Shown in pieces: positions 21,392-30,145 of a DNA stretch of 32,000 nucleotides; positions within the stretch are counted from its first letter, which is position 1, and each line of letters opens with the position of its first letter. A model generated the notes under the pieces. The model searched no databases, had not been told where the DNA came from, and saw only the letters and a list, made by a program, of their open reading frames with translations. The stretch lies in contig NZ_AP024987.1 of the NCBI RefSeq assembly GCF_020885515.1, positions 90,001 to 122,000 on the forward strand, written 5' to 3'. The DNA is from a cyanobacterium endosymbiont of Braarudosphaera bigelowii (GTDB lineage: Bacteria; Cyanobacteriota; Cyanobacteriia; Cyanobacteriales; Microcystaceae). Made by a program: the position numbers and the translations under genes.

Positions 21392-22735
21392 TTAATTTGA
21401 TATTTCTCCGGTTAAGCTAAAGGGGCGGGATTCCGTTATTTTGACATTTACCAATTGACCCCTGAGACTATTAATATTTCCCTGAAAAAAAGTCAGCCTA
21501 TTTTTTCTTGTTCTTCCCATTACTTGATTATTTTCTTTAGGATTTTCTTGTTCTACTAAAATTTCTTCTATTTTTCCCAGATATTTTTGAGAATTCTGGG
21601 CTGCTTTTTGTCCTACTAGATGGTTAAGTCTTTGTAGTCGATCACTTTTAGTATTATCGTCTATTTGTTCATTCCATTTAGCAGCAGGGGTACCAGGACG
21701 AGGAGAATATGCTGCAGTATTCAATTGATCAAATCCAATATCCTCTACTAGTTGTAAGGTATTCTGAAATTGTTGTTCTGTTTCTCCGGGAAATCCTACT
21801 ATTGCATCAGCAGTGATAGAAGCATTAGGCATATAAGATCTGATTGTATTGACCAACTGCCTGTATCTTTGATGTGTATACCCTCTCTTCATTTCTTTTA
21901 AAATATCATTATCACCTGATTGAAAAGGTATGTGAAAATGCTCGCAAATTTTTGGTAACTCGTAACATGCACGAATTAATCTTTCTGTAAAATATCGAGG
22001 ATGACTTGTCGCAAATCTAATCCTTTTAATATTAGAGACTTCATGAACTTTATATAGCAAATCTGTAAAAGTATGTTGATGTCTTCCTGTCTCAGTTGTT
22101 CCAGGTAAATCTCTCCCGTAAGCATCAATATTCTGGCCTAATAGGGTAATCTCTTTATATCCTTGTTGTTCTAGTAATTTAATTTCAGAACAAATATCCT
22201 CAGGAGTACGAGACTGTTCTATTCCTCTAACATTAGGAACAACACAATAGCTACATCTCTCATTACAACCATATATAATATTTACCCATGCTGTTATTTT
22301 ACTAGTTCTACGGGGTTTTGTAATATCTTCAATAATATGAATAGGTTCAGTCGCGACAACTTGATTACCTTTAAGTACTTGTTCTAGTAAGTCTCCAAGA
22401 CAATTAACATGTTGTGGTCCCATAACCAGATCGAGCTCAGGAATTCTCCTAAGTATCTTTTCTCCTTCTTGTTGAGCAACACAGCCCGCAACAGCAAGAA
22501 GTAAGTTGGGATCTTTATGCTTACGCTTAGCTTGTTTTCCTAGGTAAGAATAGACTTTTTGTTCAGCGTTATCCCTAATCGTACAAGTATTATACAAAAT
22601 TAAATTTGCTTGATCGGGGTCATCTGACCATTCGAAACCCATATCTTCTAAAATACCTGCCATACGTTCTGAATCAGCTTTATTCATCTGACAACCAAAA
22701 GTAACAATATGGTAGTAGCGTAAATTAGACATCAT
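21392..22735 (-). CDS. miaB: tRNA-2-methylthio-N6-dimethylallyladenosine synthase
   Basis: The N-terminal UPF0004 domain ([16 protein letters not shown]) and the radical-SAM motif [11 protein letters not shown] are present. A C-terminal TRAM-like domain follows. Confidence 0.92.
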   Translation of the reverse strand: MMSNLRYYHIVTFGCQMNKADSERMAGILEDMGFEWSDDPDQANLILYNTCTIRDNAEQKVYSYLGKQAKRKHKDPNLLLAVAGCVAQQEGEKILRRIPELDLVMGPQHVNCLGDLLEQVLKGNQVVATEPIHIIEDITKPRRTSKITAWVNIIYGCNERCSYCVVPNVRGIEQSRTPEDICSEIKLLEQQGYKEITLLGQNIDAYGRDLPGTTETGRHQHTFTDLLYKVHEVSNIKRIRFATSHPRYFTERLIRACYELPKICEHFHIPFQSGDNDILKEMKRGYTHQRYRQLVNTIRSYMPNASITADAIVGFPGETEQQFQNTLQLVEDIGFDQLNTAAYSPRPGTPAAKWNEQIDDNTKSDRLQRLNHLVGQKAAQNSQKYLGKIEEILVEQENPKENNQVMGRTRKNRLTFFQGNINSLRGQLVNVKITESRPFSLTGEISN

Positions 22736-22977
22736 AATTATTATTTTCTTTTAAGAATTGGGTATTTAATTATAGTTAAGAAATCTTATATATAGCAAAA
22801 AGACAAAAAACTTCATCACTATTTATTAACCTTATAACTATACTGTATATAATCTATATTATCTAAAGTCATATTTTGAGAACTATAACAAAAGATAACT
22901 TTAAAAGTATAAATTCTATATCATGGTAGAGTCATTATTTCTTATTTGAGATATTCATAATACGAAAACATAATAAT

Positions 22978-24567
22978 GTGATAAATATGTTAATAAGTAA
23001 AAAAAAAATACTGTTTGTTATTTTTTCTCTTATACTTCCACTAGGAAATATCTTTTTTTCAAAAGCTTTTGCAAAAGATCTCAACCTTAATATTGGTATA
23101 GTACAAAGATTTGGGGAAAGAAAGGAAGATAAACTTTTTATCACTACTGGAAATCAGAATAAACTGACTATTAAATTTCAAAATTCTCAGGGTCATTTTC
23201 AGACTTTAATTACAAATGAAATTAGTCTCAACATTTTAGATAGACCACTATCTAAGTCTCTCTTAAAAGAATATATCGTTCTTAGTGATCATACTAACTT
23301 CGAAACTGCTGAAGATAATTCTAAAAAATGGCAGGAAAGAGGTATTCAAACCGAAATTATGCAACCAGGACAATGGCAGGTTTGGGCGAAAAGAGAGGTT
23401 TATGAAACACCCTTGTTAAGACGTTGGTTGTTAAATGCTCTTAAAACAAAAGGTTACACTAGACCATACATGGAGTCTACTATCTTAGCGAATAAGTCTC
23501 AAGCAACATTCGCTGTCAATGGAGAGCAGTATTACAGTGATTATATTGAAATTATTCCAGACAATCACCCTATTTATCTGATTAATTTGGAACAAAAAAA
23601 AAGAGCTTATTCTGGTAATTTAAAACTACAGCCTAATGCATATGGCACTTATACTCTGGTTAATTATGTTCCACTAGAATCATACTTAAGAGGTGTTGTT
23701 CCTCATGAAATTGGACATAATGCTCCAATCAACGCAATAAAAGCTCAAACGATTATTGCTCGTACATATGCCCTGCGCAATTTGAGGAGGTTTAAGGCGG
23801 ATGATTATGAGCTTTGTGCTGATACACATTGTCAAGTGTATTATGGGCTTAGTGGGATTAATTTGAAGATTAATAAAGCAATTAATGATACTAAAGGCTT
23901 AGTATTAACCTATCAGAATAAATTAGTAGATGCTCTTTATTCTTCAACTACGGGAGGAGTTACAGCTAACTTTACTGATATTTGGAATGGAGAAGAAAGA
24001 CCTTATTTGAAAACAATTGTTGACTCTCCTCAACACAATATATGGAATTTTTCTTCAAGATCTCTAAAACAAGAAAAAGATTTTCGTAACTTTATTAAGT
24101 TAACAAAAGGTTTTAATGAGACTGGAAGAAGTGCTTTTCGTTGGAAATATAAAGTTACTAAAGTTGAATTAGCTAGAAATCTACAAAAATTTTTGGTAAT
24201 ACAAAAGCACCCTTTGTCAAATTTCAAAATTATTAATTCAATAAAAATAACTGAGCGTTCAGCATCTGGAAGAATTTTAAAAGCTATTGTGGATACAGAT
24301 ATTGGAATTATTGAACTAAAAAAGAATCAAGTTCGTAGTGCATTTGGCCCTTCTAAAAGTACCCTTTTCTATCTCGATCCTGTGTATAATAAGCAAAATA
24401 AAATTACGGGTTATAGTTTTATTGGTGGTGGATTTGGACATGGGGTAGGGCTTAGCCAGTATGGATCTTACAACTTAGCTAATTTGGGATGGAGCGAAAA
24501 TCAAATTCTTCATTTTTATTATCCTGGTACTAAGGTTATATCTTTAGATGACTCAATCATTTTTTAA
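22978..24567 (+). CDS. SpoIID/LytB domain protein (peptidoglycan remodelling)
   Basis: It has a signal-like N-terminus. SpoIID motifs are present: KAQTIIARTYALRN, CADTHCQVYYG, LYSSTTGGVT and GHGVGLSQYG. The exact start is uncertain (Met at 22978 or 22987). Confidence 0.85.
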   Translation: MINMLISKKKILFVIFSLILPLGNIFFSKAFAKDLNLNIGIVQRFGERKEDKLFITTGNQNKLTIKFQNSQGHFQTLITNEISLNILDRPLSKSLLKEYIVLSDHTNFETAEDNSKKWQERGIQTEIMQPGQWQVWAKREVYETPLLRRWLLNALKTKGYTRPYMESTILANKSQATFAVNGEQYYSDYIEIIPDNHPIYLINLEQKKRAYSGNLKLQPNAYGTYTLVNYVPLESYLRGVVPHEIGHNAPINAIKAQTIIARTYALRNLRRFKADDYELCADTHCQVYYGLSGINLKINKAINDTKGLVLTYQNKLVDALYSSTTGGVTANFTDIWNGEERPYLKTIVDSPQHNIWNFSSRSLKQEKDFRNFIKLTKGFNETGRSAFRWKYKVTKVELARNLQKFLVIQKHPLSNFKIINSIKITERSASGRILKAIVDTDIGIIELKKNQVRSAFGPSKSTLFYLDPVYNKQNKITGYSFIGGGFGHGVGLSQYGSYNLANLGWSENQILHFYYPGTKVISLDDSIIF

Positions 24568-24758
24568 AATTATATTTAGCTGTATCTGTAATAATCGTAC
24601 TTAATTAAATTTTTACAAAAATAATCGCTTTGAAATATATTTAACATTGGGAAGATCAAGCAAATCATATTACGTATTTTCATGAGATTGTTTCAAATTT
24701 AAGTTCTCTACGAATTGAGTATGAATTAATCAAATTAAGAAACATTTCTTTATTCATT

Positions 24759-25055
24759 ATGTGCAAGAAAATTAATTACTTTTTATTATTTCTTCATTTA
24801 CTTTAGTAATTTTACAATTTCTTAGTTCCTCTATTCTAGCTGCTTCCTAACAAGGAAATAGAATGCGAAATATTAATAGTTGGTGGAGGAATTGCTAGTA
24901 CTGTTGCTGTTTATGAGAGTCTATTAGCTGGAAGGACTGTCTGTTTAACAGAACTTAAAGATTGAATTGGAGGACAAATTTCTTCTTAAGGAACTTCTAC
25001 ACTAGATGAAAGACCTACTCAACGATCACAATTTTTTATCCTTGAGGATAATTGA
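24759..25055 (+). pseudogene. relic N-terminus of an FAD-dependent oxidoreductase, with multiple in-frame stops and 3' truncation
   Basis: A single frame reads MCKKINYFLLFLHLL**FYNFLVPLF*LLPNKEIECEILIVGGGIASTVAVYESLLAGRTVCLTELKD*IGGQISS*GTSTLDERPTQRSQFFILEDN*. This contains a Rossmann GxGxxG dinucleotide-binding fold (IVGGGIAS...LTE) interrupted by five stops. About 99 codons remain before the 3' end of the convergent neighbouring gene. Confidence 0.7.
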
Positions 25056-25062
25056 ATAAAAT

Positions 25063-26460
25063 TTATTGAGAAATAAATACTCCAATCCCATTATGGACTT
25101 TTGCCGCAGTAGGTGGAAAACGATCAACTAAATAACCTCCTAAGACTAAACTAGTAGAACCTCCCCCATCTAAATTCAAGGCACTAATAGATCCTAACTT
25201 TTGCATAATTTGTGCCATTTCATTTAAATTAACCCCTTTACTGTTTGTACTATTATGAACTGTTACTAATATGATTTTTTCTTTACTAGTTATACCTATG
25301 GCACTTCGAGATGCTTTTTGTTTCTGAAAACTTTTAGTAAATTTTTCGTCTTGTGTATTTAAAGAAATAAAGCCATTATTTATCAATAAAGGTCCTGCGC
25401 CTAAGATATGAGAAAGTTTATTAAATTTTTTAGGAACGGTATCACTTCTTATTTTCAACTTATTTCCTATAGAAAATAAATTAGATTTAAAAATCTTTTT
25501 ACGAATTACTAATAAGTACCCGTTATCAGGAATATTGTAGGACTGTTTTATGTTCTTTGATTTTTGTTTTCCTATTACTTTATCATTTTGAACAGAAACA
25601 ATAATTTCGTTGTTGCTGAAACTCATATAGTCTTTCCCCCACTCAGAAGTATAGCGAGATATTCCAGCTTGAATATATCCACTATTCAAGCATTGAATAG
25701 TAATCTGTTTACCATTACTCATAATTAGAGTTTCTTCTAGGCTTAAGTTATCAATAAAAAATTGTCCATTTTCGTTCCAGCCAACAGCCCCACGTTCTAA
25801 AATAGGACTTGACAACCAATTATTATTTTGACGGATAGCTCCTAAAGGAAGCTTATTATTTCTATTAAAAAAACCTCCATTAATTGCAGCTATAACTTGC
25901 CATTCTTTTGCAATTTTTTCTAAGGAAGAAGTTCCAACTTGACCATTAAAATTACTAGTAATTGGCTTTAAAATAACTTTTAATGATTTATTGTTAATTT
26001 CTAAAAGATTTACAGGGAAAATACTATAACCTTTCTTATTTTGAACTGTTATAAACTGTTGTCGCCAAATAACACCTGGAACCCAGATAATCTCTTTAGG
26101 AAGAATTGTTTTAGTAAGAGTGTAGACACTGTCATGCTTGATTTTAGAAAAAGTGAAGTTATTAAAAATATTAGTGTGCAATAGGTTAATTTTAAATTCT
26201 GATAATTCTTTATTCTCATTGGATAAGAGTAAAGAATTATGGAATGAATAATTAATATTATGTATTCTCTTATTGGTAATGTCTTCAAAACTAGAAAATG
26301 AAAAAAAATTATTATAGGAAGATATGTTTTTAGCGTTTCCTACTCTATGAACTAAAGTATTAAGAGGTAACTCTAGTAATAGAAGAATAGATATAAGTTT
26401 AAGAAGATACCACATAAATTTAGTCACTTTTGAATCCTCATTAAATATATTACAGAACAT
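25063..26460 (-). CDS. phosphodiester glycosidase family protein (DUF2233)
   Basis: The C-terminal domain has AINGGFFNR...PLGAI and ALNLDGGGSTSLV motifs typical of this family. The N-terminus is signal-like, and an alternative start exists at an internal Met. Confidence 0.75.
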   Translation of the reverse strand: MFCNIFNEDSKVTKFMWYLLKLISILLLLELPLNTLVHRVGNAKNISSYNNFFSFSSFEDITNKRIHNINYSFHNSLLLSNENKELSEFKINLLHTNIFNNFTFSKIKHDSVYTLTKTILPKEIIWVPGVIWRQQFITVQNKKGYSIFPVNLLEINNKSLKVILKPITSNFNGQVGTSSLEKIAKEWQVIAAINGGFFNRNNKLPLGAIRQNNNWLSSPILERGAVGWNENGQFFIDNLSLEETLIMSNGKQITIQCLNSGYIQAGISRYTSEWGKDYMSFSNNEIIVSVQNDKVIGKQKSKNIKQSYNIPDNGYLLVIRKKIFKSNLFSIGNKLKIRSDTVPKKFNKLSHILGAGPLLINNGFISLNTQDEKFTKSFQKQKASRSAIGITSKEKIILVTVHNSTNSKGVNLNEMAQIMQKLGSISALNLDGGGSTSLVLGGYLVDRFPPTAAKVHNGIGVFISQ

Positions 26461-26584
26461 AGATTCTACTCTAGAAAAGTCTTGGACAACTTTAAAATAT
26501 ATGATCAGTTTAGTTTGTATCTTCTCTACATTTCTATTAAGAGTTAGAATATTACTGATTATAATTATCTAAGTTAACTAGTTA

Positions 26585-26654
26585 TTTATATTAATAATTG
26601 AAAAGCAACAAGAAATTATTGTATTTCTTGTTGCTTTTCAATTATTAATATAAA
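26585..26654. repeat. perfect 32-bp inverted repeat with a 6-nt loop
   Basis: The arms at 26585-26616 and 26623-26654 pair at all 32 positions, checked base by base. The loop is TATTGT. An A8 run follows on the + strand, so on the minus strand a T8 run precedes the hairpin. Confidence 0.95.
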
Positions 26655-26683
26655 GTTTAAAAAAAATTACTACCTTTCAACAA

Positions 26684-26860
26684 CTATAAATTTTCAGGAA
26701 AAACTTGTTCAAAATTTGTAATAAGTTCATCTAATTCTTCAAGAGCTTGTTTCACATCAATTCTCAGAATGCCTAGATCTGGTTTTTCTAACAGTCCTAC
26801 TAAAAATTCTCGTTTGTCTTTGATCAATTTTACTTGTTCCTGAATTGTTTCTTTAGTCAT
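26684..26860 (-). CDS. small hypothetical protein, 58 aa (not in the ORF track)
   Basis: My hand translation is MTKETIQEQVKLIKDKREFLVGLLEKPDLGILRIDVKQALEELDELITNFEQVFPENL*. The composition is balanced and helical, unlike AT-rich junk. The Shine-Dalgarno sequence is weak. Confidence 0.4.
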   Translation of the reverse strand: MTKETIQEQVKLIKDKREFLVGLLEKPDLGILRIDVKQALEELDELITNFEQVFPENL

Positions 26861-27232
26861 TTTTATTATCCAAAAACTTATTCTAACCTTAACATAAAAA
26901 AAATCTCTTTTAGACTTTTTTCAATCAACTTCTTTTACAAGTATTATTTCACTGAGTGCAATATTTAATATACGTCTTTACATAACAGTCTAATAAAAAA
27001 TATTGAACTATATATTTTTGCAAAAATTAAACATTTTATTAGTTTGTATATGAGTACATGACTAACTTTAAAGCTAGACGTTGCATGGTATCTTAATTGA
27101 AGAAATATTATTTAATAAGAATTAAAGCAGTACAGTGATATGAACTATGTATTTTAAAAAGAAACTATTTAAATTCATCTTGTAAAGTGATGAAGGAAAA
27201 GTAGCAATAAACCTTACGCTTTCTCTATGTTT

Positions 27233-27718
27233 TTATCCTTGTGTTATAGATATATTTTCAATGATTTTCTGAACTATCTCTATACCACTAATAACCTGCC
27301 AAGAAAATAAAATAACAACACAAAAATTTAAAATCATATGTGTATGACGAGCTAAATCATTTCCTTTTTGCATAAAAGGTACTAAAGATGTAGAAGTCGT
27401 AACTAGACCCGTTATGGTTAAGCCAACTAGTAAATGGGGACTAAAAAATAATTTATCATTATTAACATAGGTTATGGCCATACCACCAAGATTACCTAAG
27501 ACTATTATGTTCAGAAGTAGTGCTCCTAATTGATAATGTCTGTTATTATTTTTTTTTTCTATCAATTCTTTTCTAATTTGTTTATCAGAAGTACGAATAT
27601 ATCGTAGCTGAAGCCCTAAATACAAGACATAAAAGAGTAACAATAATGTAGCTAACATTATTATAGGATGACTGAATTGTGACCAAAACTTAATAAACTC
27701 TGATGTGTTAGTGACCAT
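27233..27718 (-). CDS. DUF4079-like four-helix membrane protein
   Basis: It has four hydrophobic segments and a conserved His pattern (SHPIIM..., NRHYQLG, SPHLLVG, RHTHMILN). This recalls the cyanobacterial and plant DUF4079 family; the match is from memory. Confidence 0.55.
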   Translation of the reverse strand: MVTNTSEFIKFWSQFSHPIIMLATLLLLFYVLYLGLQLRYIRTSDKQIRKELIEKKNNNRHYQLGALLLNIIVLGNLGGMAITYVNNDKLFFSPHLLVGLTITGLVTTSTSLVPFMQKGNDLARHTHMILNFCVVILFSWQVISGIEIVQKIIENISITQG

Positions 27719-27790
27719 AATATTAATTAGAATTATCTAACAAAAAATCCATATAAGTTAAACTAACATATAATTAAATAAGAAAAAAGC

Positions 27791-28045
27791 TTATTTTTCT
27801 AAACGTACTACATACCACTGTAGGTAAGTATCAGGGCCCATCTCTAGATCACAAAAATTCTCCATTAAATATTTAGCTTGAGATTCTAAAAATTTAATAT
27901 TTTGCAACTCTCGAGGTAAATCATCTTGACGATCAGACAAAATATTTTTAAGTTTTTCTAATAATTCTTCATAGGTTAAAAATTCTTGTTTATTTGGTTC
28001 AAGAACAATAAAACCATCTTGCTGATGCATAATTGAGTCTGACAT
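27791..28045 (-). CDS. CRR7-like protein (DUF3571; putative NDH-1 assembly factor)
   Basis: The 84-aa protein follows the pattern FIVLEPNKQEFLTYEELLEKLKNIL...LPRELQ...QAKYLMENFCDLEMGPDTYLQWYVVRLEK. This matches my recollection of the cyanobacterial CRR7 family. Confidence 0.6.
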   Translation of the reverse strand: MSDSIMHQQDGFIVLEPNKQEFLTYEELLEKLKNILSDRQDDLPRELQNIKFLESQAKYLMENFCDLEMGPDTYLQWYVVRLEK

Positions 28046-28066
28046 GGTATTTAAAAAATAATTTGA

Positions 28067-28852
28067 TTAGAGATGTCTTTCAAATATAACAACTTGCTTA
28101 CCTACTACCGGACTTCTTGCAATAACTATATTGTCTAAATTTTTAATAATTAACTTTGAAAAATTTAGCTTTTGTACATGTACGAAAATTTCTCCAGCCC
28201 AACTATCTTGTTCTTTTACTGGTAAATCATACCATTCTGTATTGACAAATAATATTAAGCTATTTTTAGAGTAATCGATTTCAACCTTATTTATAAGCGT
28301 TTCATAATAACCAGCTATTAAATTGTCTATCTTATCCTGAATATTAACAATAAGATTTTCTTCTGGTGTTAATAACTCTGAAACGAATACTTCATTATTT
28401 TTTGGCTCAATAGTTTTAATTAAGTTTGGATGATTAATAGTTTCTACACGCGTAGATTCAATATTTTTATTCTTAATAAGTAAAAATACTACTACAGTAA
28501 ATAATATAATTACGATGGTTAGATATACAGTTATTTTTTTTATAGAAGTCAAAGAATTTTGGAAATTAGCTAGAGTATTAAATAAAGAATATTTATAAGT
28601 ATTATCTATAATCTGATTTTCTGTATTCTTACTATTAATAGAGCGGTTCATAATATGGAGTTTTAATTCTTGCTCTATAGTGTTATTAATTATTTTTATA
28701 TGATTAGCTAAAATATCCATTTTCTTTACATGCAGTGAAAAATTGATATTGTTGCAACTGATGTTATTTATATAATGATAAACTTCTGAAACTATTGATT
28801 CTAGCAGCTTTTCTTTAATAATGTTATCTTCCAATTTATTAGTAATATTCAT
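28067..28852 (-). CDS. hypothetical membrane-anchored protein
   Basis: A 261-aa protein with one central TM helix (VYLTIVIILFTVVVFLLI). The C-terminal domain of about 110 aa resembles conserved cyanobacterial hypotheticals. It ends 21 nt upstream of the CRR7-like start. Confidence 0.5.
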   Translation of the reverse strand: MNITNKLEDNIIKEKLLESIVSEVYHYINNISCNNINFSLHVKKMDILANHIKIINNTIEQELKLHIMNRSINSKNTENQIIDNTYKYSLFNTLANFQNSLTSIKKITVYLTIVIILFTVVVFLLIKNKNIESTRVETINHPNLIKTIEPKNNEVFVSELLTPEENLIVNIQDKIDNLIAGYYETLINKVEIDYSKNSLILFVNTEWYDLPVKEQDSWAGEIFVHVQKLNFSKLIIKNLDNIVIARSPVVGKQVVIFERHL

Positions 28853-29178
28853 ATAATCTAAATTTATTAGAGAGTCTATTTAATTTAACATAACTCTATT
28901 TTTGCGTATTTTTAACCATTAAACTATAAAAAATTGTATAAAGAATGGTGCTTCTTAATAAAATATAGAGAATAAAACTAAAAATAAAATATTTTGAAAG
29001 CTAATTTATTAATCAGGCTTTATTTTGGACATAATAACGCATAAAAACTTATGTAAAGATCCTTCCTTAATAAACTATCACAATTTTAATTTAACCTTTT
29101 ATTTTGCATATAAAATTGATTTGATTTAGAAGAAAATGTTAGTATTGTTCGAAGAACGAGAATAATAATCATTAGCTT

Positions 29179-29279
29179 AGTTTGTTATCAATATTGTATG
29201 ATTTCATTCAAGACTAATATTGGCTAACTACTAGCAAGATTTTATCTCTTAAACACCTAGGATTAAGGAAAGCACTTCA
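29179..29279 (+). promoter_or_regulatory. conserved rbp-type 5' leader, upstream (AT-decayed) copy
   Basis: It aligns to 30146-30250 with a few short gaps. Shared blocks are AGTTTGTT, TAATATTGGC, AACT, TCTCT and GATTAAGGA, the last including the Shine-Dalgarno sequence. Confidence 0.55.
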
Positions 29280-29519
29280 ATGACAATTTATATGCGACAA
29301 ATTCCTACTGGTATTACAGAGGCCGAAGTTACCGATGTTTTTAAAAAACACGGAGAAGTTAAACAAGTTCGTTTCCCTCTTGATCCAAAAACTGGAGAAA
29401 GAATAGGATATGGCCTAATAGATATGGGCGATAAAGAACAAGAAGAAGACACAATTGAAGAACTAAATGGAGAAGATTTAAAAGGAGTTAAACTTAGATT
29501 AAATAGAAATGTTGATTAA
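29280..29519 (+). CDS. divergent RRM-fold protein with degenerate RNP motifs
   Basis: The 79-aa protein is about 45% identical by eye to the downstream RRM protein. RNP2 reads IYMRQI rather than IYVGNL, and RNP1 reads IGYGLIDM rather than RGFGFVDM. An AAGGA Shine-Dalgarno sequence lies 10 nt upstream. Confidence 0.65.
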   Translation: MTIYMRQIPTGITEAEVTDVFKKHGEVKQVRFPLDPKTGERIGYGLIDMGDKEQEEDTIEELNGEDLKGVKLRLNRNVD

Positions 29520-29682
29520 ACAAAATAAACCCAACAATTATTATTTGTCTTAAATAATCAATGCATTAACTTCATTTAAACAATTTTGCTCTTAGGTTGT
29601 CATAAGAATTAACCCAACTAGGTTTTGGTACTAGCGAATATATCCACTAATTACCATTAAGCATTTCCATAGCTTCATACTT

Positions 29683-29716
29683 GGTTATCATCAATTGTTA
29701 TTGACAACCTTTTTTT
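29683..29716 (+). terminator. candidate Rho-independent terminator about 165 nt after the first RRM gene
   Basis: The stem pairs GGTTATCA (29683-29690) with TGACAACC (29702-29709) and has one A/C mismatch. The loop is 11 nt, and a T7 run follows (29710-29716). Confidence 0.45.
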
Positions 29717-30145
29717 ATATAAATACAAATTACTTGATTAATATCTTTATAGGTACTAGTTAGTAGTAGAGAACAACCAAATTCTAGTATTTGTTAGGTA
29801 ATAAAAGTATTTTCAATATCTTCTACAGTTACATGATATGTGCTAATTAGTCTTATATATTTAATCATCTAAATAACTTGTATAGATATATGTAAATAAA
29901 TAGTAATAACTAATAAATCTTGAGTATTTTAGAATATAATAATCACCTTATTATCTTTACAATATAGAGTAGGTAGCCTGTAGCTATTATATATTTTAAA
30001 TAAAATATTTATTTCTGATATGAAAATATAACCTTATTTATGAATTGCTAAAATTTTGTTTATTAGTTAATTTTGGAAAATTGCTCTTGCTCAAAATAAA
30101 GTGTTAAGATAATCCATGATAATCGAGGGTGAGGATCGGTAGTCA

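Noticed and set aside
22935-23144. A 69-aa minus-strand ORF overlaps the start of the SpoIID gene. ORFs at 17977-18183(+), 24030-24227(-) and 26049-26288(-) are similar.
   Set aside because: They overlap better-supported genes on the other strand, have hydrophobic or low-complexity AT-driven translations, and lack ribosome-binding sites.
24963-24965. A TGA falls at an apparent Trp position in the FAD-oxidoreductase frame, which raised the question of UGA-to-Trp recoding.
   Set aside because: The same short frame also contains TAG and TAA stops. In addition, rplQ and truA terminate sensibly at TGA. The locus is a pseudogene, not an alternative genetic code.
29595-29709. A perfect 8-nt long-range complementarity exists between GGTTGTCA (29595-29602) and TGACAACC (29702-29709) in the 3' region of the first RRM gene.
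   Set aside because: An 8-nt match 100 nt apart is plausible by chance. The local hairpin (29683-29709) followed by a T7 run is a simpler explanation, as a terminator.
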